From: Oceanispirochaeta sp.
Lineage (GTDB): Bacteria; Spirochaetota; Spirochaetia; DSM-2461
DNA: 64,000 bases
Reading direction: 5' to 3'
Assembly (NCBI GenBank): GCA_963666275.2
Contig: CAXXOA010000001.1
Location: 480,001-544,000, forward strand
Made by a program: the position numbers and the translations under genes. The stretch's first letter is position 1. The number at the start of each line of letters is the position of its first letter. The notes under the pieces were generated by a model, which was not told the origin of the DNA, did no database searches, and saw only the letters and a program-made list of their open reading frames with translations. Below are positions 47,995 through 58,338 of the stretch, one piece after another.

Positions 47995-48681
47995 ATGCAT
48001 GCCAGGCTTCTGATTGTGGAAGATGAGAAAGACATTGCAGATATAATGATTTTATACCTCAAAAAAGATGGAGTGGAAACCGTCTGGGAAGAGACGGGAG
48101 AGGGGGCATTGAAAGCCCTTGAAGAGACCTCCTTCGATCTTGTTGTTCTTGATATCAATCTTCCGGGGATGGACGGATTCGAAACTCTCCGGAAACTGCG
48201 GCAGAAAACGCAGATCCCTGTGATCATTGTTTCCGCCCGCCAGGAAGACGTGGATATGATCCTCGGCTTCGGCACCGGAGCGGATGATTATGTGACCAAG
48301 CCATTCAGCCCCAGTGTGCTTGTTGCCAGGATACGGGCTCATCTGCGGAGGGTGGAAGATTCCTCTCCGGACGAACCGGATCTGGTTTTCGGAAATTTTC
48401 ACCTGGATATCCATCGCCGCATACTCACGGAAAACGGGAAAATCATCAATCTTTCCCCCCGGGAGATGGAGCTTCTGCTGTTTTTGGCAGCCGAACCGGG
48501 GAAAGCCTTTTCCCAGGAGGAGCTTTATAAACAGATATGGGGGAATGAATTCGGTGATATGAGTACCGTTTCGGTGCATGTCAGGCGTCTCAGGCGTAAG
48601 CTGGGGGAGGATGCCAATCCCCGGCATATCCGGACCCGATACGGATATGGATACTATTTTCAGGGAGATGATATAAATTGA
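47995..48681 (+). CDS. OmpR/PhoB-family response regulator
   Basis: IVEDE, LDINLPG.DG, SAR, ADDYVTKPF, VSVHVRRLR.KL, GYGY. Confidence 0.95.
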   Translation: MHARLLIVEDEKDIADIMILYLKKDGVETVWEETGEGALKALEETSFDLVVLDINLPGMDGFETLRKLRQKTQIPVIIVSARQEDVDMILGFGTGADDYVTKPFSPSVLVARIRAHLRRVEDSSPDEPDLVFGNFHLDIHRRILTENGKIINLSPREMELLLFLAAEPGKAFSQEELYKQIWGNEFGDMSTVSVHVRRLRRKLGEDANPRHIRTRYGYGYYFQGDDIN

Positions 48682-50075
48682 AACATCACAGACCCCGGTT
48701 CAGCTGGCGGATGATCATTCTCAATCTCATCCTGCCTCTGAATCTCATGATTCTGATGTTCGTACTTTTTATCCAGGTATGGTATCTTCAGTTTGAAGTC
48801 GATACAGGAGATATACAGGCTAAAAGGTATCTGGTAGATCCTCTGAAAGAGATATTCAGTAACAAACCGGAACAGGAAAAGGAAATCCCCGACTGGATTG
48901 TCCTGGTGACCCTGGAAGACGGACAGATCTATTACCCCTTTGAGGATATAGAGTCCCTTATTGTTGAGTGGGGACTTCCGCCTGAAAACAAGCTCGAATC
49001 TTTCCTGTCCCTGATGGCCCGGCATGTTCTGACGGAAATGAGCCAGGTGAGTTTTTTCTATAAAGGGCAGCGGGGACTTTGCTTCTATCTGGATGATCAG
49101 CTTCCCAGCGCTTTCAAGGTTCTCCAGAAGCCCAGATACCTTATCAACCTTTTTATGGTGAGTACACTCTTCTTTCTGCTTGGCGCGGGGATCATGCACA
49201 ATCTCAAAAAGAATATGTTAGAACTGATCCTGGCAGCACAGCGGTTCAGTGAATTTGATTTTACCACCCCCATCGTCTCCCGCAAGGATAATGAGCTCAG
49301 TGATGTGTTCACTGCCTTTGAAAATATGAGGAAAGAGCTGAAACGCTCCCGGGAACAGGCCATCCTTTTCATGATGTCCCTCTCGCATGATCTGAAAACG
49401 CCCCTCACGTCCATACGGGGATATCTTGAGGCTTTCCGGGATGGTGTGATAGAGAGTCCCGAAGAACAGGCTCAGGCGATTGATGTGCTTCTGAAAAAAT
49501 CAGGTCTTCTGGATGAACGCATCAATGAATTATTGGGATTCGCCCAGGATGCATCGGCCCAGGCTTACTGTATGAAAGAGGACATCCCAGTCAAATCCTG
49601 GGTGTCCGAACTGCATCAGTACTGCCGGGAGGAATCGGATCTGTTCAGTAAAAAATTCACTTTTACCGATTCCTGTCCTGAGAACCTTCTCCTGCCGGGA
49701 ACTGAAAAAAGACTGACCAGAGCAATTCATAATCTCTATGACAATGCCAACCGGTATACTGCCGGAGGTGAGCAGATCCGTCTCTCCTGTGCCTATGACG
49801 GGGCAGCCTCTCAGATCATCATCCGCATGGACGACAGCGGTCCCGGCGTCAGAGAGGAGGACAGGGAGAAGGTATTTGAACTCTTTTTCAGAAAGGACAG
49901 GGGCCGTAACACCCGGGGAATGGGGATCGGACTTGCTTCGGTCAAGTTTGTCACTGAGATTCACGGGGGAACGGTTGTATGCAGAGAGTCAGACCTGGGA
50001 GGCGCCTGTTTTGAGGTTCGTCTCCCGGTCTATTTGTCTGAGCAATCAGGTTCCCAGGACCTGATCGACAGTTGA
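48678..50075 (+). CDS. HAMP-domain sensor histidine kinase
   Basis: Two TM segments, HAMP, SHDLKTPL, NLYDNA, DSGPG, GMGIGL. Confidence 0.93.
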   Translation: MKHHRPRFSWRMIILNLILPLNLMILMFVLFIQVWYLQFEVDTGDIQAKRYLVDPLKEIFSNKPEQEKEIPDWIVLVTLEDGQIYYPFEDIESLIVEWGLPPENKLESFLSLMARHVLTEMSQVSFFYKGQRGLCFYLDDQLPSAFKVLQKPRYLINLFMVSTLFFLLGAGIMHNLKKNMLELILAAQRFSEFDFTTPIVSRKDNELSDVFTAFENMRKELKRSREQAILFMMSLSHDLKTPLTSIRGYLEAFRDGVIESPEEQAQAIDVLLKKSGLLDERINELLGFAQDASAQAYCMKEDIPVKSWVSELHQYCREESDLFSKKFTFTDSCPENLLLPGTEKRLTRAIHNLYDNANRYTAGGEQIRLSCAYDGAASQIIIRMDDSGPGVREEDREKVFELFFRKDRGRNTRGMGIGLASVKFVTEIHGGTVVCRESDLGGACFEVRLPVYLSEQSGSQDLIDS

Positions 50076-50690
50076 AAGAAGGATGGGATCCACTTCAAGG
50101 TTCCTGAGGAACTTATGTCCCTCCAGGTCCAGATCCTTGTGAATCCTGGCTGTATCCACAATCATTCTGACAGAGCTCTCAATAGGTGTTTTTGCTGTAT
50201 TCATAACCAGATCAAAAGCATTGTTCCTGTCCGGGTGGCTGTGAAACCATTTTTCCACGAAGGTTTTCCGTATCTTATCCTGTTTCATTATCTCTTCCAT
50301 GGCAGCTATACGGGTTGGATATTCCCCATTCTGCATCAATCTGTTCACCCTCTCATCCAGAGGGGCCCATAAACGGACATTCAGAACATCTGAATAATCA
50401 GGAAAAACTGCAAAACTTCCTCTGCCGAGAATGACCACATTGCCGTGGACCGCCAGGGCCTGCATAATCCTTCTCAGAAAATCAATAACCTCTTCCTGGA
50501 AAGAGTCCATCCTGTCAAGAAATCCCGGAGCAGATTCATAGACCTGGGAAAATTCAACCATTCCATACTGGTCCATGATTTTTTCAATGGTCTCTTTGGT
50601 AACGAAATGATATCCCAGTTCATCCGCTACCTGCCGACCGATCGTCCTGCCCCCGCTATTAATCAGACGGGATATGGTAATAACTTTCAT
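50046..50690 (-). CDS. Cytidylate kinase-like family protein
   Basis: ITISRLINSGG..IG, VILGRG, APLDERV, FDLVMNT. Confidence 0.85.
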   Translation of the reverse strand: MKVITISRLINSGGRTIGRQVADELGYHFVTKETIEKIMDQYGMVEFSQVYESAPGFLDRMDSFQEEVIDFLRRIMQALAVHGNVVILGRGSFAVFPDYSDVLNVRLWAPLDERVNRLMQNGEYPTRIAAMEEIMKQDKIRKTFVEKWFHSHPDRNNAFDLVMNTAKTPIESSVRMIVDTARIHKDLDLEGHKFLRNLEVDPILLSTVDQVLGT

Positions 50691-50818
50691 TACGTTACCT
50701 CCTGACTCTAATTATAAGATTAATTTTCAGGGAATGTATTGACCTGACCGGATTTCCTGAATATTTTAAAGATATAAATATATCGATATAAAACTATCTA
50801 AATTGTGAGGTAATCAGA

Positions 50819-51973
50819 ATGGCTGTTATGAATTTTTCAGTTCCCAGAAATATAGTCTACGGAGAAGGAGCCATGGAAAAACTGGCGTCTCTGGAAGGTA
50901 AAAGAGCGGCAATCGTTACAGGCGGCAGTTCTATGAAAAAATACGGATTTCTTGATCAGACAGATTCCCTTCTCAAATCTGCAGGTATGGAAACGATCAC
51001 CATAGACGGAGTAGAACCCAATCCCTCTGTTCAGACAGTAAAGAAAGGGGCGGAGGAAATGCTGAAATTCCAGCCCGACTGGATCGTCGCTGTCGGGGGA
51101 GGTTCCGCCCTGGATGCGGCAAAAGTCATGTGGTGTTTCTATGAGCATCCGCATCTTTCGTTTGAAGATATCATTGAGCCCGGTTCCATGCCCGGTCTCA
51201 GAAATAAAGCCAAATTCATTGCTATTCCCTCTACAAGCGGAACAGCCTCTGAAATTACAGCTTTTTCTGTAATCACAGATACGGAAAAACATATCAAATA
51301 TCCCATCGTTGCGGCCGATATGGTTCCCGATCTGGCTATCCTGGATCCGGCAATCCCGGCAAAAATGCCCGCTCATATTACCGCAAATACAGGTATGGAT
51401 GTATTGGCGCATGCGATGGAAGCAGTTGCTTCTACAGCGGCTACCTGCTTTACCGACCCCTATGCGGTAGAAGCTATAAAACTTGTATTTGAAAACCTTC
51501 CTACCGCTTTTACCGATGGAAATGATTCAGAAGCCCGCTACAATATGCACAATGCCTCTTCTCTGGCAGGAATGGCTTTTACCAATGCCTCTCTGGGGCT
51601 GGTTCACTCTTTGGCGCACAAAATCGGGGGAGAATTCGGCGTGACCCATGGTCTGGCCAATGCGATCCTTCTCCCCTATATCATCGATTTCAATCGGAAG
51701 TTCTCAGACAAATATGCCATGGTGGAAAAATCTCTGGGCATACGTGACCTGGCCCAGGAAGTGCGGGAGCTGAACAGCAGACTGAACATTCCCGCTACTT
51801 TCAGAGAGTGCACCGAAGTGGACTTCAATGAAGAGAAGTTCAAGTCCGTTCTGGATAGGATGAGTCGCAATGCTCATGGTGATCCCTGTACATTGACCAA
51901 TCCCGGTACACCCTCTGTAGAAGATGTCAGAGAAATCTATGAAGCATCTTTCTATGGAAAAAGTATGAAATAG
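50819..51973 (+). CDS. Iron-containing alcohol dehydrogenase (NADPH butanol dehydrogenase-like)
   Basis: GGSSMK, GVEPNP, GGGSALD, STSGTASE, HAMEA, HSLAHK, HGLANA. Confidence 0.92.
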   Translation: MAVMNFSVPRNIVYGEGAMEKLASLEGKRAAIVTGGSSMKKYGFLDQTDSLLKSAGMETITIDGVEPNPSVQTVKKGAEEMLKFQPDWIVAVGGGSALDAAKVMWCFYEHPHLSFEDIIEPGSMPGLRNKAKFIAIPSTSGTASEITAFSVITDTEKHIKYPIVAADMVPDLAILDPAIPAKMPAHITANTGMDVLAHAMEAVASTAATCFTDPYAVEAIKLVFENLPTAFTDGNDSEARYNMHNASSLAGMAFTNASLGLVHSLAHKIGGEFGVTHGLANAILLPYIIDFNRKFSDKYAMVEKSLGIRDLAQEVRELNSRLNIPATFRECTEVDFNEEKFKSVLDRMSRNAHGDPCTLTNPGTPSVEDVREIYEASFYGKSMK

Positions 51974-51994
51974 AAAGCTCGGGGAATCTGCCCG

Positions 51995-52843
51995 TCAGCA
52001 GAGGCGGATTCCCTTGTCTTCCAGGAGGATCTTTTTCTCTCTATAGAGGCCGCCAATCGTTTTTTTGAAGATCTTTTTGCTCAGTTTCAGCACCGAATTT
52101 ATCTCTTCAGGGCTGCTTTTGTCATGAAGGGGAAGATAACCTCCCGCTTCTGAGAGCGCTCTGAGTATGATTTCTCTGGCATCTTCCGTGGATTCCCGGA
52201 ATCCCTGCCGGATAAGGGAGGCGTCGATCAGTCCGTCGGGACGGATTTTTTTGATATACCCGGTCCGTTTATCACCCACTTTAAGTTCTTCAAAGACCTC
52301 ATTTCTGTAGAGCAGGCCCTTGTAGCGGTTCTCCAGGATCACACGTATTCCCAGATCATTAAAGCCGTAGACCAGGCACTCCACACTCTGATTCTCTTTG
52401 AGGGATGTCACATCCTCTTCAAAAAAATCCTCGAATTTGGTGGTTCCGATCACACCGATTCCGTCATAGTCGGGTATCAGGTGCACCACGGCGGTGTCGC
52501 CCTGTTCCAGTTCCTTTCTCATAAGCTTTGTGGGTACAAAGAGATCTTTTTTGATCCCCCAGTCCAGAAAAGCGCCGAAGTCTGTGGTGGAGATCACTTT
52601 CATGGCGGCAAACTGTCCCAGCTCGGCCAGAGGAGTCTTCAGGGTGGCTTTCAGTCCCTCCCTGCCGTCAAGAAAGAGGAATACCCGGATCTCTGATCCC
52701 GGTGTGAGTTTCTCTTCCGGTTCTGCCGCATGCAGAGGAATGAGGGATTCTCCGCCCTCGAGCAGATAGAATCTGCCAGTGTACCGTTTTACTTTCAGTG
52801 TATAGTATTTCCCTGCTGTCAGGGTTTCTGTTCTGTTTTCCAT
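51995..52843 (-). CDS. cvfB: CvfB/YitL S1-domain RNA-binding protein
   Basis: GAFLDWG.KKDLFVP, GLLYRNE, DKSSPEEI, SKKIFKK.IG.LY. Confidence 0.88.
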   Translation of the reverse strand: MENRTETLTAGKYYTLKVKRYTGRFYLLEGGESLIPLHAAEPEEKLTPGSEIRVFLFLDGREGLKATLKTPLAELGQFAAMKVISTTDFGAFLDWGIKKDLFVPTKLMRKELEQGDTAVVHLIPDYDGIGVIGTTKFEDFFEEDVTSLKENQSVECLVYGFNDLGIRVILENRYKGLLYRNEVFEELKVGDKRTGYIKKIRPDGLIDASLIRQGFRESTEDAREIILRALSEAGGYLPLHDKSSPEEINSVLKLSKKIFKKTIGGLYREKKILLEDKGIRLC

Positions 52844-52988
52844 AAGCTACAAAGTATAGTCGCTCCCGCGGCCTTTGTCACTTGCCGGAGGGGCGAATCC
52901 CTCCATTCCGCCGAAGAGATAATTCTGTCCCTGTTTTTTTTCCTGAAAAGAGGATGCAATCCCCAGCTGATAGGGCTAATATTAGGTT

Positions 52989-55658
52989 ATGACTTCGCCA
53001 TATGCTAACCCGGGATCTTCGGAATTATCAGGAAGAAACTACTCGGCAGAAATACTGGATGCCGTGAAAATGCCTATTTTCATTATTTCCTGCGAGACCA
53101 ACCAGATCAGGTATCTCAACAGTAAAGCGGTCAAACTGATCGGAAGGACCAGAGACAACGTTGTCGGACAGAAGTGCTGGGATGTGATCAGTGAGGACTG
53201 TAATGGAATCTGTACTCTGAACGAAAAGGATTTTCCTCAGGATCAGAGAGAGATATATCTGAAAGTTCCCTGCGGGGAACATCAGGGATTTCTGACATTC
53301 GTCAGTCGGATCGACTATGCCGGAGAACTCTGTTTCCTTTCCACAATGATGGATACAACCGATCATCAGGCATTTGAGGAAAAGCTCTCCATACTGATCG
53401 ATATGGAGTCCAGGCTCCTGGAGCAGATATCACTGGAGGAGAAGCACTCTCTTGTCACCGATTTTCTGATGAGAATACAATCTTCAGTCTACTGCTGCAT
53501 CTGGGGAAAGAGGTTCAATACGGATCCTCTTGTTGAGCTTGATAAAACCGCAGAAGCCGGGGAACTGCCCTATGATACATCCATGAGCGATTTCCTGTCC
53601 CTGGAGGAGGAGGTCCTGAACCAGGTTGTTGAAGGAACCTATGAACAGCTATCGAAGGAGTATCAGCACTACGGCCGGTGGCTATTGGATAATGATAACA
53701 GGAAAATCGGTTTTTTCCTTTTTATCACTACCCGTGTTCTGGAAGATATGGATCTTTTCTTCCTCGAATCCTCTGTGAGCCTCATTGCCCGGGTGCTTAT
53801 GAATGATCAGGTTTCCCGGAAGCTGCAGGATGCTCTGAAAAGGGCTGAAAAAACTGTGGCTCTTATGGAAGGCCAGGAGATAAGACTCCAGCAGGTAAAA
53901 GACAGGGCGGATTTTCTTTCAAAGCGCTATGGACTGGCCAACCCCCTGGAAGATCCCGGAGGGCATGGGATACTTTTCGAGTCCGAAATGGCCAGGAAGA
54001 AAAATCTTGCCATGGCGGAAGAAGCGGAAATCGCCCGCAGGGCTCTTCTGGAATCAAATGAACAGTTGTCTCTCATCAAACAGGCTGTGGATGGTTCCAG
54101 CGATGCAGTGGCTATTTCGACAATCTCGGGAGAGTTCTTCTATATCAATCAGACCTTCTCGGATATTTTCGGGTACAATATCGCCATGCTTGCCTGGCTC
54201 TCTCTGGATTCTCTGATGAGTCAGCCCGAAATTTACAGGGAAGCCCTGTCTACTGCGACCAGGGGAGAGTCCTGGCAGAAAGAACTGAAGATGACCAATC
54301 ATGATGATCAGCAGATTGATATCTTCCTCCGCTGTTCCTCTTTCAAGGACGAGAAAGATGTTGTCCTGGGGCTGATCTGGAATTTTACGGATATTTCACT
54401 GGCAAAAGAGCATGAAAGGCAGATTCATGAGTACACCAGGAAAATAGAAATCGATCTTTCGGACAAAAAGAAAATGCTCGATAAGGCGGCTCTGCTCCAG
54501 GAGAGTCTCATCTATAAAACTCTTCCCCTAACAGAAGAAATTACAGTTCACGGCATGTTCATGCCCTGCGAAACTCTGGGAGGAGATTTTTTCCGGATTC
54601 AGAAGGGAATCTACCAGAACAGGCTTGTGATTATTCTGGGAGACTGTACCGGTCACGGAGTCGAAGCGTCCATGGATGCCTCTCTTCTGACAAGTCTGGT
54701 GGACCGGAACCTTTCACTGATCTATAACAACAGAACCGATCTTTTTCTGGAAAAGATCAGCAGGTCCTTCATGCAGATATCCGATGACGATCAGTTTCCC
54801 ACCATGTTTGCCATGGTTGTGGATCTGGATGAGGGCCAGGCCTATTATTCCAATGCCAACAGTGAGCTTCCGTTCCTGATCCGTCAGGGAAAGATCCATC
54901 AGCTCGAAAGGGCCGAAGGGATGCATATCGGATACTTTGACACTCCCCGGTACGAGCGGAAACAGTTGCGACTGGAGGGGGGGGATAAGATCCTCTTTTT
55001 TTCAGATGCGGTGGTAGAAATAGAGCAGAACCGGGAGCACATGCTGGGATACAGCGGTCTTTTTTCTCTTGTGGAGGATACTCTCTGCCGGGAAAAAGGG
55101 GAATTCGGTGATCTGCTAAACTGCATTTATGCGGAAAACGGAAAATTCCCCCTTTTGGACGACATGACTCTGATCCTTCTGGAGTATACGGGAAAGGAGG
55201 TTTTCTCCTGCCAGTTCTCCACCCTGGAGGAGTGGCGGTCTCACATAGAATCCCTGAAGCAGCGCCTGAACCGATTCCGTTTCAATTTTCAGGAGATTGA
55301 AGAGTTTATTATTGCCCTGGACGAAATGAGTCTGAATGCCATCAATCACGGCAATAAAAACGATCCTGCCAGAAAAGTCCTTATAGAAGGGGAGATCAAT
55401 AATATGGCCGTGTCTGCGATTGTGGAAGACGAAGGGGAGGGGTTTGATCCTGAAAGTGTCCCGGATCCTGTCGCAACGATCGAAGAGATTATGGAGAGGT
55501 GTATCGAAGAGGAATATATCCATGGCAGGGGAATAAAGCTGACAGGGAAACTTGTAGACGAGATCAGCTATAATGATAAGGGTAACTGCGTCTATCTGAA
55601 GAAAGAGAAAAAGCCCCGGTTCCTTCTGGATTACAAGAAATGGCTGGCCGATATATGA
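52989..55658 (+). CDS. PAS-containing SpoIIE/RsbU (PP2C) phosphatase fused to an RsbW-type HATPase kinase domain
   Basis: Two PAS-like segments; GGDFF, GDCTGHG, FFSD, DDMT; EMSLNAINHGN, EDEGEGFD, GRGI. Confidence 0.88.
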   Translation: MTSPYANPGSSELSGRNYSAEILDAVKMPIFIISCETNQIRYLNSKAVKLIGRTRDNVVGQKCWDVISEDCNGICTLNEKDFPQDQREIYLKVPCGEHQGFLTFVSRIDYAGELCFLSTMMDTTDHQAFEEKLSILIDMESRLLEQISLEEKHSLVTDFLMRIQSSVYCCIWGKRFNTDPLVELDKTAEAGELPYDTSMSDFLSLEEEVLNQVVEGTYEQLSKEYQHYGRWLLDNDNRKIGFFLFITTRVLEDMDLFFLESSVSLIARVLMNDQVSRKLQDALKRAEKTVALMEGQEIRLQQVKDRADFLSKRYGLANPLEDPGGHGILFESEMARKKNLAMAEEAEIARRALLESNEQLSLIKQAVDGSSDAVAISTISGEFFYINQTFSDIFGYNIAMLAWLSLDSLMSQPEIYREALSTATRGESWQKELKMTNHDDQQIDIFLRCSSFKDEKDVVLGLIWNFTDISLAKEHERQIHEYTRKIEIDLSDKKKMLDKAALLQESLIYKTLPLTEEITVHGMFMPCETLGGDFFRIQKGIYQNRLVIILGDCTGHGVEASMDASLLTSLVDRNLSLIYNNRTDLFLEKISRSFMQISDDDQFPTMFAMVVDLDEGQAYYSNANSELPFLIRQGKIHQLERAEGMHIGYFDTPRYERKQLRLEGGDKILFFSDAVVEIEQNREHMLGYSGLFSLVEDTLCREKGEFGDLLNCIYAENGKFPLLDDMTLILLEYTGKEVFSCQFSTLEEWRSHIESLKQRLNRFRFNFQEIEEFIIALDEMSLNAINHGNKNDPARKVLIEGEINNMAVSAIVEDEGEGFDPESVPDPVATIEEIMERCIEEEYIHGRGIKLTGKLVDEISYNDKGNCVYLKKEKKPRFLLDYKKWLADI

Positions 55659-55805
55659 AACGCAGTTTTTTTGTAAAAAGTATAAATGAACTTTTATTTT
55701 GACCTGAAAACGTTTAATATTACTCAATGGGCAGACTATTGATGTCTTATAGCTTAGTTTAGGCTGAATACGGGTATTCACACTTGCAATTGGAAAAACA
55801 ATTAA

Positions 55806-57605
55806 ATGGATCATTTACAAAGCACGGCAAATCTATCCTACAAACTGAAGAAATTCGCATCTGAACTGAATGAGTATACAGGCCGCTGCGATAATATCAT
55901 CTCCAGTATCTCCAGTAAACTTCCTGTTCTGGAGGATCAGGTCGACGATAATATCCTGGAAGTCCGGGAGCTACTCAAGTTTCTCTTCACCAGTGATGAC
56001 CAGCAGATTTCCTATGGTGTCAAACATGAACTCAATCAGTTTCAGGATTATATCAATGAATTTCTCATCATTCTGAAAGATACCAATACTATCGACAATG
56101 ATATTTTCGAAAACCTCAAAAAAACAGTGGGTGTTTCCAATTCCACTATCAATAAGATTCATGACATTTTTGAGATTTCCGAAAATCTCCGTGTTTTTGC
56201 CATCAATTCCATCGTCTTTTCCCATAGAGAGGGAGATGCAGGACGGGGATATCAGATCATTGCCAACGAGTTTATCCGCCTTTCAGAAGAGATCTCCAGC
56301 AGTACCTACAGGATCAATGAAAAGGGTCAGCAGATGCAGGTTCAGACCCAGGAATTTCTGCGTCTGATCGAAGAGTACGAAGAGTTTATTTCCAGCCATA
56401 TCAGCCGTGTATCCGGAGAATCCAGAACTCTGCTGCAGAAATCCACGCTCAGCGCTGAGAACTTCTCCAAGCTGATGAACGATCTTCTCAGCCGTCTGGA
56501 CGATATAAAAAAACCCACATCCCGGATTATGGTGGATGTTCAGCTTCAGGATATAATTCAGCAGCAGTTTACCAGTCTGACCAGGACATTGGATGATGCT
56601 CTCACCATAGTGAACAGAAAACAGGATCAGAATGATCCCGAAGGGACTGTAAAGGTCTACTCACTTCTGGATTACATTTTCAGCAATACAAACAGCCAGC
56701 TCCGGAAGGTCAACGATCAGATGCTGGATCTTATTCATCAACTGGAAAACCATTTCAAAACCATACAGAATATCCTCAAGGATTTTCAGAATGACAAAGA
56801 GGAGATCAACTCCCTGGTTATTCCGGAAAACGGGGAATCCAGCAAAGGGTCTATTGTTTTTGAGATCTTCAGCTCTCCCGATAAGACGATTGAGAATATC
56901 CTTCATGATCTTAAACGCGGACAGACTCTGAAGCAGGATGTTATTTTACACTTCTCACGGATTTTCAGTCTTGTGAACGATGAGAAGAATATGGCCATGG
57001 CTTTTTCTCCGATCATCGAATCGGTCAACAATCTTCTTCTTCTGGGCAAGATCGAACAGGCCCGCCACGGACTGGCTCTGTCGGGCAATGACATCGGTGT
57101 TTTCTCCCAGATTAAAACTTCCGAGCTCTCGGGGATTATCGAAGATGTCAATGAATCCCACTCCATGATTGAAGAGAGCCTTGAGAAAATCAATCAGGCT
57201 TTTACCTATCAGAAAGGCAAGTACCGGGGTATTGAAGACCGCCTGAGAGAGTCCCGTCAGATTCTTCAGAAGACAGAAGCCATCTTCAGGGACAATTATT
57301 TCACCGTGATCAATGTTTCGGATATGCTGATGAAGGAGATTCACTCTTTTGTAAAACTTTTTGATGAGCTGAAAAGGCTTCACAGTCAGATGGCAAAAAG
57401 CATTGAGATCAGTGATGAACTGGCCCATGGAGTCAATACCATACTGAATGAACACGGCGGGGCTATTTCTATTGATGAGTGCCGTTTTGACGACTCTTTT
57501 ATTCAGGAAGTCTATGAAAGATATAAAAATGATCTCTCCAGGAACAGTCAGGACGAGAGTTCTTCCGCTTCCGATGAAGATTCTGATGGAATTGTATTGT
57601 TTTAG
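55806..57605 (+). CDS. Soluble, divergent methyl-accepting chemotaxis-like coiled-coil protein
   Basis: No TM; LRVFAINSIVFSHREGDAGRGYQIIANEF resembles the MCP hairpin tip; QLQDIIQQ; acidic tail ending GIVLF. Confidence 0.65.
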   Translation: MDHLQSTANLSYKLKKFASELNEYTGRCDNIISSISSKLPVLEDQVDDNILEVRELLKFLFTSDDQQISYGVKHELNQFQDYINEFLIILKDTNTIDNDIFENLKKTVGVSNSTINKIHDIFEISENLRVFAINSIVFSHREGDAGRGYQIIANEFIRLSEEISSSTYRINEKGQQMQVQTQEFLRLIEEYEEFISSHISRVSGESRTLLQKSTLSAENFSKLMNDLLSRLDDIKKPTSRIMVDVQLQDIIQQQFTSLTRTLDDALTIVNRKQDQNDPEGTVKVYSLLDYIFSNTNSQLRKVNDQMLDLIHQLENHFKTIQNILKDFQNDKEEINSLVIPENGESSKGSIVFEIFSSPDKTIENILHDLKRGQTLKQDVILHFSRIFSLVNDEKNMAMAFSPIIESVNNLLLLGKIEQARHGLALSGNDIGVFSQIKTSELSGIIEDVNESHSMIEESLEKINQAFTYQKGKYRGIEDRLRESRQILQKTEAIFRDNYFTVINVSDMLMKEIHSFVKLFDELKRLHSQMAKSIEISDELAHGVNTILNEHGGAISIDECRFDDSFIQEVYERYKNDLSRNSQDESSSASDEDSDGIVLF

Positions 57606-57656
57606 CAATAATCTGTCACTACTATTTAAGTATAAGATAATAAGACTTAAGGAGAC

Positions 57657-57974
57657 ATGATGAGCAGCATAAATGTCAGAAATGATGGGATGAAAACGAT
57701 TCTGACTGTAGAAGATAAATCTCTTTCGCGAGACACTGCTACGGAACTGAAGGAAAAGGCTCTCAGTGCGATTGAGTCCGGTTCCAGAAATCTTGTCCTT
57801 GATCTCTCTGTGCCCCAGTACATCGACAGTTCCGGCATAGGCAAACTTCTTTTTCTCAATAAAAAACTGCAGACCCTTCAGGGAGAGCTGACAATCCCCA
57901 AGATAAATCAGACTCTATATGAGTTTCTGGATTCTCTGGCCATTTCCAAGGTAATAAAAATTACGGCTCCCTGA
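57657..57974 (+). CDS. STAS-domain anti-sigma factor antagonist
   Basis: LVLDLS...YIDSSGIG with the phosphoacceptor Ser. Confidence 0.9.
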   Translation: MMSSINVRNDGMKTILTVEDKSLSRDTATELKEKALSAIESGSRNLVLDLSVPQYIDSSGIGKLLFLNKKLQTLQGELTIPKINQTLYEFLDSLAISKVIKITAP

Positions 57975-58338
57975 GGAAAATCCTGTTTCAGTGAACTTCT
58001 CTCCTATTTAAACACTGGTTCTCCGGAAGAAGTTGACAGTGTATTTATACAGAACTTCAAATAAAGCTATGTCATCTCATCTCTATTTTAGGGATATTAA
58101 ATTAATTAACCTCTATGCTGAATCTCCAAATCCTAATATTCTCTTCCACCCTACCTACTGGGGCGCAGTCTAGAAAAGCCTTTCTTTACTAACCGGCTTA
58201 TGTAAAATCTACTGTTCATTATTAAGTTCGGTTTCAATAAAAGGACTGGATTGTAACCCCCTCTGAGCTCAGTCATATCTTCCAGTCCATTTTATTTACT
58301 TAAAGATATGATTTACCACACTCGGGAATTATAATTCA

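Noticed and set aside
57975..58338. tRNA or att site at the island boundary
   Set aside because: No cloverleaf, T-loop or CCA pattern and no integrase recognised; only a short GGACTGGA/TCCAGTCC inverted repeat
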